Part shown: in pieces, positions 1 through 15,415 of the stretch
Layout: each line of letters opens with the position of its first letter
How positions within the stretch are numbered: the stretch's first letter is position 1
The notes under the pieces: model-generated
What the model was told of the DNA's origin: nothing
The model's database searches: none
What the model saw: the letters and a program-made list of their open reading frames with translations, nothing else
DNA from: Vicugna vicugna
Taxonomy: Eukaryota
Direction of reading: 5' to 3'
Assembly (NCBI GenBank): GCA_013265495.1
Contig: MU058198.1
Location: forward strand, 6,835,779-6,899,778
Length of the DNA stretch: 64,000 nucleotides
Position numbers and translations under genes: made by a program

Positions 1-274
1 GAGAAGTACTTTCTGCGTGTGTCATGCTATGGCAGGGGTTAGAGAGTCCTCTCCTAGATGTAGTGGTGACACTAGATGACATGTTGTCTGTGCCGAATGA
101 AAATGTGAACATGGAGATACCAACTTCAGGGAGCACTTGAGCCAATAAAGCTCACAACTCGGTCCATGGCCCCTTGGTGCCTCCCAGAGTCTAACTCTGG
201 GGAACTGGAAGCAGTGCCACGTGACTGCCCGCCGCCGCTCGCCCACGTGTCTCTTCTCCGTGTTTACTTTGCAG

Positions 275-3200
275 TCTCTCCCTATTACCGGACAAAGCTG
301 CGAGGCCTCTATACAACCGCCAAGGCCGATGCAGAGGCTGAGTGCAAGTGAGTACTGTCCCACTGCCTCGCCATTGCTTCCCCTCCTCACCGGGGTGCTG
401 GGCTGCAGGGCTGCAGGAGCCCGCGGACCACAGCCCCAGCCTGCCTTTCCTCCCAGGGATAATAGTCTCTGACTTCCAGCCTCTCCTTTAGGGCCCACCT
501 TCCCTAGAGCCACTCTGGCCCCTCTTCCATGGCCATGCTGCTTTATGGATGGCAGAAATACATGATGGAATCCCAGTGCGGCCATCTGCTGGTCACATGA
601 CCTCGGGCAGTCACTTCAGCTGAGACTCAGTTGCTCCGTCATTAAAATAGGGATAATAACCACCGACAGAATTGTCAACAGAAAATGGGATAATGCATAT
701 AAAGTACCTGATATCAGTACTTTTCAAACTCTTTTGACTATAACCCATGGTTATGCCTGGTGTTGGGCAGTCTCCATATAGAGACACAGGGTGGTGAGGA
801 TCCTGCCTTCAAGGGCAAGCAGTCCAGAAAGGAGAGACACCCTAAAAAAGTGTAATTGGTGGGCCAGCAGAGATGGTGCTCACTGCTCCTGGGGATCTGG
901 GCCCACCTCAGCAGGGAGAAGAGACTTGAGCTGGGGATGGTTAGGCAGACAAGTCAGAGAGCCCAGGCAGAGAGGACAGAGTGCACCAGGTCTGTGGAGG
1001 GGCGCCTGCAGACCATGAGCATTTGGGATGAGAACTAGTCCGGTATGGCTGGAGGAGGGCAGGGCAGCATGTGGAGGGTCTCTGGTACCCAGACTTTATC
1101 CTGGAGGCCATAAAAAGCAAAAGAAGGCATAAAAGCAGGAGAGAAATGCCTAGTTGCTGCACAGAGAGTAGACTGGGTGAGATTCAAGGGCAGGTAGGAG
1201 ACTAGGCAAGAGATGGTGATGGAGTTGAGCTGAGACTGTGGCAGTGGGGATGGAGAGGCAAGGGCGGGTTCTGAGATCAAATTGGGGGACCAGTTGGGAG
1301 AGGAGGAGGAGAAGATTCTAAGGTTTTTAGTTTGGACAAAGGGATCTAATGGGGCTCCCTAGGCCAGGTTGTGGAGCAGAACAAAAGGATAGGGCCAACT
1401 GGCGGGGAGGAGACACAGTGAATTCTGGTTGGAGGTGTTGCCCTTGGCTCTCCATCCAACCCTTCCCCACCCCTACCTTCTCCCTGATTTTCAGATTCAT
1501 CATGTGGCCATAGCCAGGCCCATCCTACTAGGAGTTTGGCTTGTGTAAGTCAGTGACTCAGGCTTACTTGAGAGTAAAAGGTGAACTTTCCCTTCCCAGC
1601 TTAACTGCCAGCAAAGTGCACCGGCTGCTTCTGTAACCAGTTGGTGTGGGCTCTTGTCTGGCATTGACTTACCGGAGTTTAACACTGAAGGCATGTTTCA
1701 TAACTGCCGGTGCCTGCAGTTCTGCTGCCATTTCACTTTTTCAGACTCTCAGGCCTTCACACATCTGTTCACTAAACACTGAGTAAGTAAGGCATCTTCA
1801 CCTCCACATACCATGCTGGAATGGGAGAGGGTGAGACAGATAAGACACCGTCCTTGCCCTCAGGGAGCACCAACCTCATCTGGGTGGGGAAAACGTGGTG
1901 CAGTATGTGCCTGTGGCACTGACCTAAGTGCTGCAACACACACCAGCTCCTCTAAGTAGATGTGCCAAGAGCCTTGAGGAACTAACCGAAGCCCTGGGAC
2001 ACAATGCTGTTCCTTCTCCCCTGAGCCCACAGCGGCCTCCCAGTTGGTTTTCCTCTTCCTGCTTTGCAGAAAATGGAAAGGAACCCCTGTGTCTTCATTT
2101 AACAATCACCTCTTTTTTTAAAAAAAAAAGCCTTGAGGTGGCACACTGGCAGCAGAGGTCAAAGGGAAACAGATCAGAGATACCATTTACAGTGTTCCAG
2201 TGGAGACGGGTAGCCATTCCGGGTGGGAACAAGGTATTTTCTAACATTGGTTCAAAAGGCATTTCTCAAGATGCTGCTCCATGAGGACACAGTGAACAGC
2301 GTAAGGGTTGGTGTCCTCTGGGACACTTTGGCCAGAGATACTCTTTAATAGCCTCACTGAGAGTTCCTGCTAAGGAAGGCAGTTTGAGGAGTGGCTCAGC
2401 TAATGCAGGCCGAGGTCCAGTTTAACTTTCCAAGGGCCTGAATATCTCATGGGCTAAAATGTCAAATGCCTGGAGGAGAAAATGGACGCCCTAGTGCCTG
2501 GGCCATCTTCTGAGCCTGGTGTTAGGGCTGGGACAGCAGGCCATTTGCTGGTGGTCACCTGCGGTGTGGACATCATTCTATGCTGCTTACCAGGGATAAT
2601 GTATCTAGTCTCGACACACTACAGGATGTGTCGGCTTGGAAGCCAGAGGAAGGTATTTCCTCCTCCTTGGCTCTGACACGGACCACACACGAACACAGAC
2701 CACTTAAAGGTGGGCGAAGCAGCCATGTGCCTGAGAGGCTAACGTCCATTACCTCTGCTTTCTCGCTGCAGCCTAGGGCTGAGGGCTGCCGTGAAGCAGC
2801 TTCATTTTACTCTAGTGGGCAGAAGGGAGGAGGGTTCCATCTGTACAGCTCCTCCCAGCCTAGCTGCTTTCTGTCTGCCTCTGCAGGTTCGACCCTAGCT
2901 ATCTCAGCAAGAGAGAAGACCCCAAAGGAATTATTTTTCACTCTTTCTCTTTTTAAAAATTCACCCTAGTCAAATAATTATACTGTGAATTTGCCCACAA
3001 CAATATTGGATTAAAGAGCCAGGACCGTTTAGCTCCTTACTACTAATGGTCAGGGAAGGGTGCTGGGGTTGTGGGGAGGGACGTTAGGGCTCATGGTTCT
3101 TGGCTGCATTCAAGGAGCTTCAGCCAGAAAGAGATGTTTCCTCAGCTGTCCCAGCTGAAGTGGGCCTCTCGGGGGTGGCACCATCCCTGAGGGTTGCTGA

Positions 3201-6200
3201 CAGGCTGGCTGGCTGCCTGTGAGAAGGTAGGGACCCACGCTTTCATGGGGGGTCAGCTCGAGGACCTGAAGCTTTTATAGTTCTGAGATGGAGAAGTTTC
3301 AGTTCCAGAAAACTGCTCTTTCAATAGTAAATGATCTTAAAACATTGTTTCCTTAGACCTCTGCAGCGGAGCTGCAGTAACTTTAGGAAATGGAATATTA
3401 CATTCCTCTCCTAGAGATTCACAATGCAAATTAAAGAATAAAAGGCCCTGCTGAGTTCTGCAGTAGCTCCTTTAACTGAGTATTTCACAGACTTGCTTGG
3501 CAGTAGAAAATGTTTACACACTGGTTTTCAAGTCTGGCTATGCCAGATTTAACTGGGGGGGAGCTCAGACATTGGTATTGACTTCACTTTTTATTTTTAT
3601 ATAATTTCAGACTTACATAAATGTATTTTACTACATTTGCTTTATTACTCTCTCTCTCTCTTTATATATATATATATATTCAAAAAATTTTTTCCGAGCC
3701 ATTAATGTTGCAGACATGATGCATGATGCCTCGTGACCTCTAAATACATCAGTCAGCATTTCCTAAATACAAGGACATTCTTTTTGGGGGGAGGGGGTTG
3801 GTGCTTTTTTTTAAATGGAGTTCCTGGGGATTGAACCTAGGACTTTGCACATGCTAAATGCACAGTCTACCACCCCCAACAAGGATGTTCTTAAACAACC
3901 ATGGTACATTTCTCAAAATCAGGAAATTACACTGATAGAAAATTATTAACTAATCAGACATTATTCAGATTTTATCACTGTCCACTGGCCTTTATAGCAA
4001 AAGAACAGAACCTTTTTCTAGTGCAGATCAGTACTGCATTTAATTTTGACATCTGAGTCTCTTTTAGGCTGGAAAGTTCCCGGGCTGGCTCTGCCTTTCA
4101 CAGCCTTGACATTTTGAAGATCAAAGGCCAGTGTGAAATATATCTCGTTTGGGTTTGTCTGCTGTCACGATTAGATTCAGGTTTTATGCTTTTGGAAGTA
4201 ATAGCACGGAAGTAATGTTGTCCTTATTCATCATATTAGAAGGCATAGGACATTGTCGCGTTGGTTAAAGTGGTCTCTTCCGCGTTTCTCCTGGGTCAAG
4301 CTACTGCTATTTTCCATTGCATAATTAATGGGTATCTTATGGGAGCTACCTTGAGACAATGCTAATATCCTGTTTCACATCAGACCCACTAGTTTTGCAC
4401 CTGTAGGTGATTCTTGCTCAAAACAACTGGGATTCTTTTTAAAAAGTTCCCCAGGACATTTTGATGTCCAGGGAGGGCTGAGAACCACTCCATTAATATC
4501 TCACAGAATACATTAGGACGTGCTACATAAAATGATACCCTCCAAACAGTGATGAGACTTTCAAAGTTCCCTTTGGCCTTCTAACTTTTACTCCTCCTCT
4601 GCTTTCCTGTATGCCTGACTGTCCCTTGTCCCAGTGCTCACGCACAAGCCCTCCATAGTTCTGGCCAAGCCAGCCCTCTGTCCGACACCAGCCGTGCTCA
4701 TGTTCGATGCTCTGAGCCTGTCGGGCAAGGTGTTCATCCCTCCCTGCTTTGGTTTGCCCAGTTCCCTCTGGGCAAGGTCTTCTGGCTTTTGCCAGATGAG
4801 TCCACAAGAGTCACACCCTCTAGGACACCTCCTGTGACATTATTGCGTTGTGCTCTCATGGGTCTCCCTCCTGCTGAGCCAAGGCCTTCAGAACCACGTG
4901 GGCATTTACTAAAGGTTTGGTAGAGGAATGGAGTGGAGAATAAGTGACCCAAAGTAGATTCTGCACTGCTTATTGCTGTTGAAATATTCTTTGAGGGGAT
5001 TGATTCCTCGAGGTCTAGGATAAAGAAGCCTTCTTCCCACAAGGATTTGTGTGACTTCTGCCAGATTGCGTGGGTCCCGGCCACTCTGGAACTCCCATAA
5101 ATGAACTCCAGAGGTTTCCTGGGGCTGCAGCCTTTCAGGGATGAGTTTCCTCCACCCCTAGCCCTGCTCTGAGCCAAAACATCTCCCCTACAGTCCTCTG
5201 GAGTGTCTCCTTTTACATGTCCCAGTAGGGCAGACCTCTGGCTCTCAGGAGGCTGTTGGAGGCTGCCAGCGCTCAGCAGCATTCCCTCAGGGTTTGTCAG
5301 AAGCACTAGGGCAGCGGCAGTGCGCTGCTTACCTCTCCAGGACCCTCTTAGGTTTTTTGGCCTGCTGCTTCCTACAGTCTCATCAGTTCTTTTGTGCTTT
5401 TGAGATTAACAAACACACACTTAGGGTTTATAGTTTCCGGCAGTAGGGTTGGTCTGAGCTAGCCAGCCTGCCATAATGAGAAAAGGAAGTCTGCGCTTTG
5501 TGCTTCATCCAGACCTCTTCTCTCCCTTCTCCCTGCCCTCAGCATCCTCCGGAAAGCCCTAGATAAGATCGCGGAAATCAAGTCTCTGTTGGAAGAGAGG
5601 CGGATTGGTGAGTTAAAGACGACACGGCTGACACCCTTCTATCAGGTGGAGTGAGGGTCCTACGAGCAGCAGTCATGTCTCCCTATGGGAGCCTGTAACC
5701 TCAGCCCGGTGTGATCTCATCGTTCATGGGCTTCTGACAAAAGCGCACCCGGGCAGCCTGGGGCTGGGAGAGGAATGGGATCATCCCTCGTGCTCCCTGC
5801 AGACCACGATGCTTCCCCTCCTCCGTCGTGTTTCCCGCTCTCCCTCTACTGCTTGGGCAGTCACCTCCCTCCTTCCTACTGCCACCCACTCCTGAATTCC
5901 TTGCTGTGCCGAGAACCTAGCTGTGTTTTGAGAGGCGCACCCAGGGTATCTTGAAGCCAGCCTTCCAGATGGAGTTTATCTTCACGGGGCGCTGCCTTTA
6001 AATCCCTCAGGCTGCCGTGGCTTTCCCACCCCTCTTGCCCTTTCAGTGAACCCACAGTGGGCAACTCCTCCCCATCGAAAATGTCACTCTGCCAGCAGGG
6101 ATTGTCTGGAGTGGCTGGGCCATGCCTGAGGTCAGGAGTCTGTCCACATTTGAGAATTTGTTTTTTAACTTTTTGTTAAATTACAACATATATTAATAGA

Positions 6201-8240
6201 AAAATACACGTAAGTGAACATACAGCTCATTGAAATTTTCACTAACTGAATAAAACAGATGTAACCAGCACCCAGATCAAGAAACCAAACATGACCCGCA
6301 CCTCAGAACCCCGGCTTTTGCCCTTTCTAGTTCCCTCCCCTCCCAGGTGTACCACCAACCTGACGTCTCACCACCTGTCAGTAGCTGGGCGGCCTCATTG
6401 TGGGCATCTGGTCGAAAGGACAGGATGGCACCTGGGCCCTTGGTGCTAACTTGGGCTGTGGGGGCGGCAGCCCATCCATGGTGTCTCAGGGGCTCCCTTC
6501 CTTCCCACAGCGGCCAAGATCGCGGGCCTGTACAATGACTCGGAGCCCCCTCGCAAGACCATGCGCAGGGGCGTGCTGATGACCCTCCTGCAGCAGTCGG
6601 CCATGACCCTGCCCCTGTGGATCGGGAAGCCTGGTGACAAGTGAGGGCGGGCCCAGGGTGGGGGGAGCTGGCAAGGGAGGGGCTGGGACTAACATATTCT
6701 ATCCTCAGGCCCCCACCCCTCTGTGGGGCCATTCCGGCTTCTGGGGACTACGTGGCCAAACCCGGAGACAAGGTGGCTGCCCGGGTGAAGGCTGTGGATG
6801 GGGATGAGCAGTGGATCCTGGCCGAGGTGGTCAGTTACAGCCATGCCACCAACAAGTGAGTGAACACCCAGCTCTGTGGGCCTCTCTCCTGTCACCACAC
6901 CTGCTTGGGCTGCTTCTGTCACCTGTCTGCAGGATGGGGGAATAGCTTCTTCCCCTGGGTGCCTGTGGGGATGGGGTGGTGTGTGAAGCAGAAGACTCCT
7001 GGGGCTACTTCCCCTCCCCGCCCTCCTCCCCTTCCTCGGGGCTCCCCATGACTTGGACTGTGCACCTCCCCGCATCCACCGTTTTCCTTTTGTTCACCCG
7101 CAGGTATGAGGTAGATGACATTGATGAAGAAGGCAAAGAGTGAGTGTGCTGATGGGGGGCGGGGGGAACCTGGGGGGCAGCCCACTGCTGGGACAGGGCC
7201 CCCACCTGGCTGTGGGTTGACCTAAGCGCCCCACCCTCCCAGGAGACACACCCTGAGCCGGCGGCGGATCATCCCACTGCCCCAGTGGAAGGCCAACCCT
7301 GAGACGGACCCTGAAGCCTTGTTCCAGAAGGAGCAACTCGTGCTGGCCCTGTATCCGCAGACCACCTGCTTCTACCGTGCCCTGATCCACACGCCCCCAC
7401 AGCGGGTAAGGCAGCCCCCACTGGGGAGACTGACCATGACACCAGGACCAGCTGAACAGACGGGTCATGGGGTCGTCTTCCCACTTAGTTCCCCCGTGCC
7501 CTCAGCTCGCAGCCTCCCTGAGTTAAGAGGGTCCCGCAAGCTACCCTTTGTCTTCTGCCTAGTCCACCCTGTAACTCCCCGCAGCCCTGCCCTCTAGGGC
7601 AGCCAACCCTCCTTCCAAGCTTCAGAGCCTTAGCAAGCCCTGCATGGAATGGGCCTGATGGGTCCTCTAGTCCAACGTCGCTCTTGTCTTGCGCTGGGAA
7701 GGCCCAGGGCCTGTGTTGAAACTGTTGACTCCCGCACCACTGCCCTTTCCTTGGCCGAGGCCACTTTCCCTCATGCTCTTAATGACATTGCTGGCGTCCT
7801 GGTCACCCATCATCCCATGGCAGTTCAAAGGCCATTCTCCCCTCCTCTTCCAGGATCCCTGCTTGCTGCCCTTTAGGTTGTCCTCGGGGCCCCAAAAGGT
7901 ATGAGACCCCCCTAGTTCTAGCCCACTCACGCAGGTTACGGGAGCCCTTTTTCCCTGCTCGTTCTCCCCTGCCCTTGGCCCTCTGTTGCTGAGAAAAGCG
8001 CTCTGCAGTAGAGGGACTGGGTTCAAACACCTAGACTTCCCTGAGGTAAGATGAGGACAGGAGAGGCTGGGGCCCTCGCCTGGGGGGTCTCCAGCCAGTC
8101 CCTCCTGTCTGCCCCCTACGCAGCCCCAGGATGACTATTCTGTCCTCTTTGAAGACACCTCCTATGCAGATGGTTACTCCCCTCCCCTCAATGTGGCCCA
8201 GCGGTACGTGGTGGCTTGTAAAGAGCCCAAGAAAAAGTGA
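275..8240 (+). CDS. SGF29: SAGA-associated factor 29 (CCDC101), tandem Tudor H3K4me3 reader; 5' coding exons lie upstream of the window
   Basis: Exons 275-347, 5543-5607, 6511-6640, 6709-6855, 7104-7139, 7243-7405, 8124-8240, all AG/GT-flanked. They splice in frame to SPYYRTKLRGLYTTAKADAEAECNILRKALDK...KPPPLCGAIPASGDYVAKPGDKVAARVK...YVVACKEPKKK* (TGA 8238-8240). AATAAA at 8308-8313. Confidence 0.97.
3783..3878 (-). mobile_element. tRNA-derived SINE in an SGF29 intron
   Basis: CCTGGGGATTGAACCTAGGAC...ATGCTAA. Imperfect TSD ACAAGGACATTCTT / ACAAGGATGTTCTT. Confidence 0.7.
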
Positions 8241-8549
8241 AGAAGGCTACAGATTCGCAATCTCCTGACACCTTCAGAGGGGGATGCAACACAAGATTTT
8301 GTGACCAAATAAATATTCTTCCTCCTTGTCCATGTCTCCTGGATTTTACTTTCCCACAACCTTCCCCTCTCCATATATAGGGCAAGTTGGAGCTGGAGGC
8401 CACTGGGGAAGACAGGCTCATTGGGCATTTACCCTTTTAACTCAGGTTTGCTCTTTGCTTCCAACAGAGGCGCTCTGTTTAACACACATCAGATTTTATT
8501 CTCAAGGCCACGGTTGGGCTTGTTTCACACCCTTCCTGATGCGCACCAC

Positions 8550-10810
<2,261 letters not shown>

Positions 10811-11574
10811 TCAGGGGCCAGAGTGTGGCCTCCTTCCCTGAACAACATGACAACAGTGCCATCTGTTGAGCTCTTTCTTTATGGTAAGAAAGCAGGCTGA
10901 AGGAGTCTGAGCACCTCGCCCACGCTCGCAAAGCGAGTGAGTGGTAGGGCTGGGATTCAAAGCCAGATCCAGTGCTCATGCAGTGGGTCACAACCCTGGC
11001 TGCATTCTTGTTTATTTGCAGAGCTTTTAAAATCCCAGACCAATCAAATCACTCTCTAGGCATGAAATCCGGATACCAGTTTTTTGGACGCTCTCCAGGG
11101 GATTCCAGTGTGCACCTGAGAAAACCAGGGCCTGCCTGTCTGAGCTCCCTGCCAGCCCGCTTTCTTCCTCTTACTGCTTTCTGCTGCAGCTCTCAGGCCG
11201 CATTCTGGTGGGCTCCTCCCTGACGTCCCCTCCTTAAGCCCCCTGGGCCCCTCACACATGGAAAACTCCCAAAGGCCAGCCAGGCCTATGACCCTATTTG
11301 CCCAGCCACATTCCCCAGCTCAGAGATAAACACAGGTAGTTGAGCAACTAAGTTTGTTTCGGGGACCAGAGTCTGGTATATGAATAAGCAAAACTGTGAT
11401 GACTCAGCAGAGGAAAAGAGAAGAGGGATTCAGGCCTGGCTGGAGTTGGCGGATTGAGACGGGCACTGGGGAAAGGGCAGGGACACGAGAGGCAGGAGCA
11501 GAGAGATCAAGCCTTAGGAGAGGAGCTAACAGTGCCAGGTGTGGGAGATCCAGCCCTGCCCGCCCCGCTCTCAC

Positions 11575-11770
11575 CTGGCCTCTCTGGATCTTGTTCCTCT
11601 CTGGGGTACACCTCTGCGTGCTGTGGCTTAGAGTGGGTGCGGTATGGTGAGTGCAGAACAGCTCTCTGAGCTGAAGGTTTTGTAGGTCCAAAGTGGGAGG
11701 GATCTGGAGCCAGCACTGGGACATGGCTGTGGTCCAGGAAGGAAAGGGTGGAGTCTGGGGTGGGAGGGCC
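11575..11770 (-). promoter_or_regulatory. Probable non-coding first exon and proximal promoter of SULT1A1
   Basis: Minus-strand donor CCAG|GTGAGA at 11575/11574. Tandem GGAA (ETS-like) and a GC/GT-box at about 11737-11765. Mammalian SULT1A1 has a 5' non-coding exon. The TSS is not defined by the sequence. Confidence 0.55.
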
Positions 11771-12812
11771 CCTCTGTGCCATCCTCCTCAGCACGAAGCC
11801 GGAACCAAACTTTGACTCATCTGAAAACCCAAGATGTGGGTTCGGTGAGTAGAAAACAGAAGACTAAAACTAGACAAAAGGGCTGAGAGTTTTCTTTTTT
11901 GTGTTTTGGTGTTTTTGAGCTGTAATCCTGGCTCCTGACCTCCCTCTAAAGCCCACCCCTGTGGGGTGGAGGGATGGGTGGGGTGGAGATGTTTTCCTAA
12001 TGCACCTAGTCTAAAAGGGCAGAGGAGTGAAGGGGAAAGGTGAGACACACCTTCCTGGTGGCTCCAGGCCAGTCTTGCCAAGGGTTCAGGCAGAAGGCAG
12101 CTCACAGGCCCCCAGCAGTGCAAGCATTCAGGGAACTTCAGGTTCAGACGAGACCGCAGGGTCAGTCCAGAGTGAGGTGGGTGGGCCAGGTTGGGGGTGC
12201 GGGGTGGAGATGAGCAGGGCAGGTACTTTTTGAGGCAGCACAGGATAGAAAAGTGTCAGAACGCTGAAGTCGAATAACGGTGGGTGTTATAACCCGTGGG
12301 ACCGCATGGAGCTGCCCTCATGGTTCATAGAACACCGGCCCCCAGAAGGTGCTTTTTTTCCTCTGGGTTTGAAGGGGACTCTGCAGACACAGATACAAAG
12401 GCATTGTGGCTTAGACACAGGACCTCATGGGAGGAGAGCATCATCCCCCCTTCCTCAGCTTCTGTCCTTACTATTTGAATTAAAGTCCAGAGTCAAGCTG
12501 GGCACTGGAGGTGAGTGGGCTCTGCATCAAAGTTGTGAGTCTCCCAAGCCCTCAGAGCTGTGTGACCTCAGAGGCGTGCTGGGAAAAGCTGGAGTCTGGT
12601 CCGTGCTGGGTCAGCGGCCCCTCCCACTTCCTCTGTTCTCCTCAGGCCCCTGTGACTCACAGGGCCTCTGCCTCCTGCTGCCACCTCCCATCCCACCCCC
12701 ACAAACACCAGAAGGTATACCCTTAACTCAAACTTTTTATTGTACTCAAGTAAAAATCCCCGCAGAGTGTGGCACAGACAAGGAGCGGGCAGAGGGCTGG
12801 GGATACTGAGGA

Positions 12813-15415
12813 TCAGATCTCCAGCATGTCGGTCCAGTGTTCCTGTGGAGACAAGAGGGCTGGTCAAAGGCATCCCAGGAGATGGGGTGGGGTCAGGAAG
12901 CTGGCGCCAGAGCCACCCCTCACCTCTTCTAACTCCAAGTCCTCCTCTTCCTCCTCGGTGCCCATCCGGCACAGCCAGATCAGGTCTCCCCACAGCAGTG
13001 AGTTCTTACAGCTACCAAGGGGTGTGGTTGGTAGGAGACAGTCAGGATTACAAGCCTCCTCCAGGCCAGGCCCTGGGTGCCAAGATGAGGACTTGGGTGC
13101 CAAGATGAGGACTTGGCTGCCCCAGGCCTGGACTTGGACAATTGGGCACCATCTTCCCAGAGCTAAACCAGGCAGGGGTAGGGGTGCAGGACTCACCCAG
13201 GGCATTGGCCCTCTAGGGGCAGAAGCTGCCCTGGCTCCTCCTGTAGAAACTCCTCTGCCAGGCAGATCACATGGGCCCTTAGGGAGCAGTCAGCGTGGGG
13301 GCAACACAGGGGGCCCTCTTCATCCTGTCAGAGGTGGCAGGCCGGTAAGAGAGGAAATGGGGAGTCATAATATAGCGAACAATCAAAGAATTTCAATGGA
13401 CCAGACACTGCTGCATAAAACAACCCTATGCGGCAACCACTACTATCATTTGCATTTTATAGATGGGGAAACTGAGGCACAGAGAGGTTAAGTACTTGTC
13501 CACAGGGACTAAGTTGGCCAATTTTCTCAGAGTGTTAGCAGTGATTATGTAACAGTGTGGCCAGGGCAGCCGGACCTAGAGATCCTTATAGGCTAAGCAA
13601 TTTCAGGCAGGTCACTTAATCTCTAAATGGCAAGAACTCAACTTACACTTACTGAGAGCTTAGAAGTCAGACCCACCATCTCAGTTAATTTATTAAATAG
13701 TTGGTCACCTGCTCTGCACCAGATCTGTTTTAGAGTAGTGAGAAAGAACTAAATGCCCTTGTGGACAGGGGCAGCGGTAGAGGGGGTGGTGAAGGTGGTG
13801 GTAGAGTTGGTAGGAAGGACTGATAATAAGGTAAGCAAAATACATAGTATGTCAGACAATGTATTAAGCCTTTAAAAAAAAAAGGCAGGGAAGTGTACAA
13901 GAAAAAGTGGCAATTTTAGACAGAGAGCCAAGGAAGACCTCACAGAGGGGAGGTGGCATTTTTATCAAGAAGGAAGGTCTAGGGAAGAATCTTCCAGTCA
14001 AAGAGTAAGGGCAAAGGCCCTGAGCAGGGTACTGGTGTTGAGGAATGGTCAGAAGCAATATCATCCCCATTTTAGAGATGGGGGCAGTCTAGCCAAAGGG
14101 TATTAGTGGGCTGCCCAGTCCCTCAATAAACATCTTGAGCCTAGTCCTCCGAACCCTAGACCCGCCTGCCCCAACCTGGAGACCTGGTAGAGCCTCTCAC
14201 CTGGAGCACGCGCGCGCACAGGGTGCAGAAGGCCTCAGTATCATGGTCCCGCTCCTTCTCCGTGTCAACCAAGGGACTGACACGGCGCCTCGGGGCCGAG
14301 GCCCGGGGTGGCAGAGGCCCGAAGGCCAGTGGCACATGTGGAGGCGGCGGTGGGCAGAGGTCCTGGCGGAAGTCAGCTCGGAGCCAGCGCAAGGTGAGCG
14401 GGAGGCGCGCCCAGGGCGGCGTGCGCAGCATGTGAGCCAGCACGCGCAGGTGGAAGGCGAAGGAGGCTTCGCCGCGCAGGCGCGGACCCACGTGCGCCAG
14501 GCGGCGCGAGGCCTGCGGGTGCTGCCATGCCCACTCGAACTGTGGGTCGGGAGTACCGAGCTTCAGGGCTACCGGGAAGTCCTCAGGCCCCAGCCTCCCC
14601 CCACCACATCCCGTCCCCTTACTTACCCGAAGGGCGGCCACAGCAGACGGGAAGCCGTGTACGATGAGCACCATTTCCCTGGGAAAAGGAAGGCGCGATC
14701 TCTGAGCCCTCCCCGCCACAACCCCGTGTCAAGTCGAATCCCCTCGCCACGATGCGCCTCCAGTCCTATCCGAGAGTGGAGTCACACCCGGCCTCAAGCC
14801 TAGCCCACTAGACCCTGTCCCCTTCGTGGAGGTACCTTCCTCTCCTACATGCCAACCTCAGGCCCCTGCCTCCAGCACAGGTGTACTTAACTGCCCTCCT
14901 CAGTTCCTCTCCCCCTCAGGTTTTTTCCTATTCCAACCCAGCCTAGTTCACCAAGCCCCCTGTCTCTGCACCAAACCTAAATCATCAGTTCCCTTCCCAC
15001 CCAATCCCCGCCTCTGAGTCCCACAGCTGAGACACACAGGGCTCCGCATCCCTACCACCGCCCCTCCCCCAAGATAGGCCGGCCCCCAGCTCGGTTGACC
15101 TGCACTCCCATGCAGGCCCCGCCTACTGTCACTGTTCTGGCCCTGCCCATCTCAGCGGGCCTCTCTCCCACCGGGCCCCGCCTCCTATTTGAAGCCCTCC
15201 TCCTGATAGTGACCCGCCCCCTCTTACCAGGGCCCGCGCCCACTGGTCCTCCAGGCCCCGCCTTTTTTGCGGCCCGCGTTGTGCTGCTGGACCCGACGAG
15301 CAGGGTTGATGGTGAACCCGACGTAAACGCGGCCCCGGTGCCGAGGGTTTAGGCAGTAGAGCAAGTAGACGCCAAAGAAACGCCCGGGCCTCGCCTCGCC
15401 CCCTGCGGGGCCCAT
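12813..15415 (-). CDS. SLX1A: SLX1 structure-specific endonuclease subunit (GIY-YIG plus RING-like zinc finger), 274 aa
   Basis: Exons 15415-15228, 14678-14627, 14539-14201, 13324-13197, 13011-12924, 12842-12813 total 825 nt. Translation [24 protein letters not shown]...YVGFT...FEWAWQHP...CCPH...EHWTDMLEI*. Minus-strand AATAAA at 12736-12741. Confidence 0.96.
13074..13121. repeat. 20-bp perfect tandem duplication (about 2.4 copies)
   Basis: TGGGTGCCAAGATGAGGACT twice, plus a partial copy, in SLX1A intron 4. Confidence 0.9.

Noticed and set aside
22..585. 187-aa minus-strand ORF
   Set aside because: Antisense to an SGF29 exon and introns; no recognisable domain.
13074..13121. CRISPR-like repeat
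   Set aside because: Two abutting copies with no spacers, in eukaryotic intron DNA.
12769..13491. 240-aa + strand ORF
   Set aside because: Antisense to SLX1A exons 4-6, low complexity, ends in a MIR-like repeat.
14135..14803. 222-aa + strand ORF
   Set aside because: Antisense shadow of GC-rich SLX1A exons 2-3; non-ATG start and no recognisable protein features.
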